Source: the human T2T-CHM13v2.0 reference genome, Homo sapiens. From it: 64,000 nucleotides of DNA. This document shows positions 52,722 through 64,000 of this stretch, piece by piece. The position numbers and the translations under genes were made by a program. The notes under the pieces were generated by a model, which saw only the letters and a list, made by a program, of their open reading frames with translations, was not told the origin of the DNA and made no database searches. The stretch is taken from the NCBI RefSeq assembly GCF_009914755.1, contig NC_060936.1; one strand, written 5' to 3'. How positions within the stretch are numbered: position 1 is the first letter of the stretch; every line of letters starts with the position of its first letter.

Positions 52722-53477
52722 CGAATACCCTTATGGGGGTGTGCAGCCCCGTCTTCCTTGGCAATCACTGAGTTATATGTAAAACAGAGCCAGTACTGAA
52801 GGTAATATTAAAAATGTTACTATGCACCACTGCAGACTTTGGGAAACTGACTTACTCTCTCTAAGTCTGAGGAGCCATGTGTGTAAAATAGAGCTCATAA
52901 GAGCTACCTCAACAGAATGAGGAAAGAACCTAATGGGTAGGCTTTTCCTGAAGCTGGGACTTCTAAGCCAAGAGTCAAGCTTAGGTTACTGCGCATTAGA
53001 TTTTCTTTGTAGGCCTTAATTCCTCAGCGAAAACTGCAACCATGGTTAGGGTCCCTGGGATCTGGGGCTGAGGAACTGGGGGAGAAGAGGAGTAAGGCCT
53101 ATTCTTGTACCCACCTCCTTTTGTTTGTCACAGTTCTTATTTTCTAGGGAACTGTGGTTAAAAGGAAGACAGAGTACAGCTACCTTTTAGGGAGAGAAAA
53201 AAACCAAAACACAATCCTCAGCTTTCAAGGTGTATGAGGGAGAGAGCACCAAGGTAGTGATTTACCCCTGAAGTCAGCTGAGTCTTGGGGAATTTAAGCA
53301 GCTAAGGGACACAAGCTTCAGGCCACAGAAAGTGAGGACCACTGGGGCAGGAAAAAAAATCCCTCTTCGTTTGGTGTTAAGTTTCCACCTATCAAAATGC
53401 GTCTTTCTAGATGACTTGCTGCCCTTTGCTGGCAAGCTCTCCCAATGTTGTGCAAAGAGATTTAATAAGAAATAACA

Positions 53478-54360
<883 letters not shown>

Positions 54361-55647
54361 TTAAAAAAAACATGATTAGACTTTAGATACATACAGTGCC
54401 TGTCCGGTGTTCCCCCCAAATCTGTCTCCTGAGGCCCAGCAGGCACGTAACCCCAGGTCACTCACAGTGAATGAGGAAGGGATGGCGATGGGTGGGCCCC
54501 TGTGTTTGGAGGCTCTGACGCTGTTCTCTCATGCACTCTTCCCACTGTGCCCCAGCTGGGAGTTTTTTTCTCTTTCTGCTCTTTACTAGCACTCCTCTGG
54601 TGCCCTTTTCTCTCTCTCTTTTTGTACCTTCTTCAAGAGGCTGAGGTCAAGCCCTTTTCTCATTAAGACTAAGTAACCTGCGGACAGAACCTCTGTGTTC
54701 TCCAAATGTTTTCCTATAATGTCGTCACACATGGGTCACAGGACGACCCTGCGTACCCCTTTATTTCACAGACCAGGCTGCGCCAAGAGCCCATGGCCAA
54801 ACACTAGCAAAGGACAGAGCCACGGCTTCCACGTGAGTCGTGGACATCGACTCTCCCTGTATTCTTTCCTCTGTTCCTTGCTGCCTTGCTCCCCCAGGCA
54901 TACACACCTCCTATTCCAGGATACCCTTGCCCTTGGCCAAGCCTCCCTCTTCCTTCCTCGTCCATTCTGTTCCTCTCCTTCCATCAGCAGTTCCTCCTCT
55001 TTATGCTTTTCCATCACAGCATCTGGCCACGTCCTCCCCCATTTTCCACGTAAAGCTTCAGTTTTCTAACACTTTCGACTTGACTTTGAAAAGCTTGCAA
55101 GTGGGAAAGACCCTTATGCTTTTCTGCCTTGGAATTTTCCCCGCCCCCTTTACTGCTTGAGATGAACATCTACTTGAGAAACTGAGAATCCTTATCATCA
55201 CAGTGGGTTACATTTTGGTTTTACTTCTCATTATGATTTTTGAATTATTAGTATAGTGTAAGTTCATTGCAGAATATTTGGAGAATAGAGAAGGGAAAAA
55301 ATACCGTAAACAACGTCATAATCCCAACACCCCTGCACTTAGTCTATTTTAATAACGATGATGTTTTAAGAAGAAATTGACTCTCCACTTACTCCTATAA
55401 TTACCACACTATTTTTGCACTTAAGAATGTCTTTTCAGCTCATGGTCCCTTTGCAAGACACTACTGTCCATTCATGAGCACAGGGCACCATTGACTGCTC
55501 AGCCTTGGTCTGTTAGAGAGTAACATAAATTCAGTTTCATTTAAGGAACTGGTCAGCTTATTTTAAACACTTCCATTGCCTTCTAGGTCAAAGAAGCCCT
55601 CTGTGAGAAGGGCATTTGGACCGGCTGATCTTTGGATAACAATAACT

Positions 55648-55862
55648 GTTACTTAGGGATAGAAGGAATATAGAAAATGAGTCTATATATATAGACTCTT
55701 GAACCCAGGATTTTGTCACCAGCCTGGGCAACATAGCAAGACCCTGTCTCTACAAAAAATAAAACAAAAAAAAAAAACAAAAAAAACTTTTTTAAATTAA
55801 AAAAATTTGAAATAAAAAAATATGTAGACTCATTTTATATATTCCTTCTATCCCTAAGTAAC
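55648..55862. repeat. 43-bp inverted repeat enclosing a 5'-truncated Alu monomer
   Basis: 55648-55690 matches the reverse complement of 55820-55862 at 41 of 43 positions. Confidence 0.95.
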
Positions 55863-55949
55863 CCCCTCCATGAACAGAGGATGTATTCTGTACTTGCCTA
55901 AATTGCAAGAAATGTTTGAATGGCTAGATCTGGACAATGTTGTGTTGGG

Positions 55950-57023
<1,074 letters not shown>

Positions 57024-57313
57024 CTAATGTGGAATTCTATATAACAGTTTAAATCAATGAACTAGATCTATATGATTCAGCATTGATAAGTCCTGAAAAT
57101 TATTGACTAAAAATTGTACATTATAAAAGGATGATCCCATTAACAAATATTTTCTAAAATATGCAAATGAATACCATCTCTATTACAGTGTATTTGTAGT
57201 GAAAATATAAAATAGGGTCTAGATACACGTCACATTCATGTGGCTGCTTCTAGCGGGAGAGGGAAGCAGTTCTGGGACTGTGATAGTCATTAGGCCTCTT
57301 TAAGAGCCTTTCT

Positions 57314-57993
<680 letters not shown>

Positions 57994-58119
57994 AGGGACT
58001 TCAACTTTATCTGTAATGTTTCATTCCTTCTTTTTGTTTTTAAGGTCTAGAGAACATATGACTAAGTGTTAACATTTGTTCATTTTGAATGGAGAGTGTT
58101 GAGTCTTATATTACCCTCA

Positions 58120-62275
<4,156 letters not shown>

Positions 62276-63237
62276 ATCACTTCACAATTCTAGCCCCTAC
62301 CGGACAAGGCCCAGTGCTTCCAGGCCTCAATTCTAAGCTGCCATTAGCAAGTCAGATTGGCCCAGCTAGAGTCAGGAGTTCACTGCTGCACAGTGCATTA
62401 TAGCTAGGGTAGGTCACGGTGTAAGCAATTAACAGGTCCTTCTGAAATCCAGCATCCTCACACTCAATGGTTCCTATGATTTCTAATGGGCAAGAGCTGG
62501 GTCAACTTCCCTGATACTGTGGCCACTATAGTCCCAGCTTTCCTGCTCTTTCAGTACGGCAAGTTGTATTTTGACATTTGAAATAAAGCATTGGGTTTCC
62601 TGCATCAGTAACAATGCTTCTTTCATTCTACCAACTTTGGTCACCTTGAGTCTTGAAGACGATTGATACTTACAGGGCGATAAACATGTAATCATTTGGC
62701 ATAGAGAAAAAGGGTTAAGAAGCTGTGCTATCAGGAATGGTTATAGAGTACCCACTGGCACCATGTAGGGGGGCTCTGGGAACAGCTGAAGTGATGATGT
62801 TGATTATGATGCTAAAGATGATGGTAACAGCAATAAAAGAATTGAGAAGGATGGGTCTCCTGAAAAAACATAAGAATACAGATAGAGAAAAGGAGCACAA
62901 ATAATAGATCTCCATGTAGTGAAAATAATCTTGAGCTAAGGACTCAAAGACTTGGGTTCTAGACTTGTCTTTGTCCCTTAACTACGTGAGTTAAGATCAT
63001 TCACGTAGTGATCTTAGACTAATCACTTGGCTAGTTGTGGTCCATATCTGTAAAAATCGAAATGACTTTCTAAGCCAGAAATTTCTGGGATCCTACGGTC
63101 TATAATTCTATGCCTGGAGGATAAAGTGGATCTTGGAATAAATGAGATGATTAAAGCCAGGCGAGGATTAGCAAGGTCTGGTTTCTTAGGAGATGAATCT
63201 TCAAGAGAGATTCAAAAGGTGTGAGGACAGCCTTTGG

Positions 63238-64000
<763 letters not shown>

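Overview
Human (primate) genomic DNA. It is identifiable as the 5' end of NINJ2 (ninjurin-2, chr12p13.33), transcribed on the minus strand. The only supportable coding sequence is NINJ2 coding exon 1 (39326-39156, ...MESARENIDLQ followed by a GTAAGT donor). Positions 1-39155 are part of its large first intron and about 39.5-64 kb is upstream flank. The intron holds two GC-rich promoter-like elements: a small one at about 6.55-6.7 kb, probably the start of the antisense lncRNA NINJ2-AS1 (from memory), and a CpG island at about 18.4-19.5 kb. The rest is dominated by repeats: about 70 Alu copies or fragments, a fragmented near-full-length L1MC-type LINE (26.6-34.8 kb), MER41B, MER4-type and MLT1 LTRs, hAT relics (MER30, MER58A, MER5A, MER45A), MIR/L2 fragments and microsatellites. 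Nearly all ORFs in the supplied track are Alu-, L1- or GC-content artefacts. I cannot demonstrate a new multi-gene system. The best leads are: a pre-miRNA-sized near-perfect hairpin at 4036-4126; an overlapping uORF/long-isoform/short-isoform start arrangement in NINJ2 exon 1; plus-strand splice and poly(A) signals that would carry an antisense RNA across the NINJ2 promoter; an Alu-interrupted 82-bp palindrome at 55648-55862; several template-switch-like scars; and an Alu-associated deletion of about 1.5 kb of L1 ORF2. Repeat family names and boundaries were assigned by eye and are approximate.
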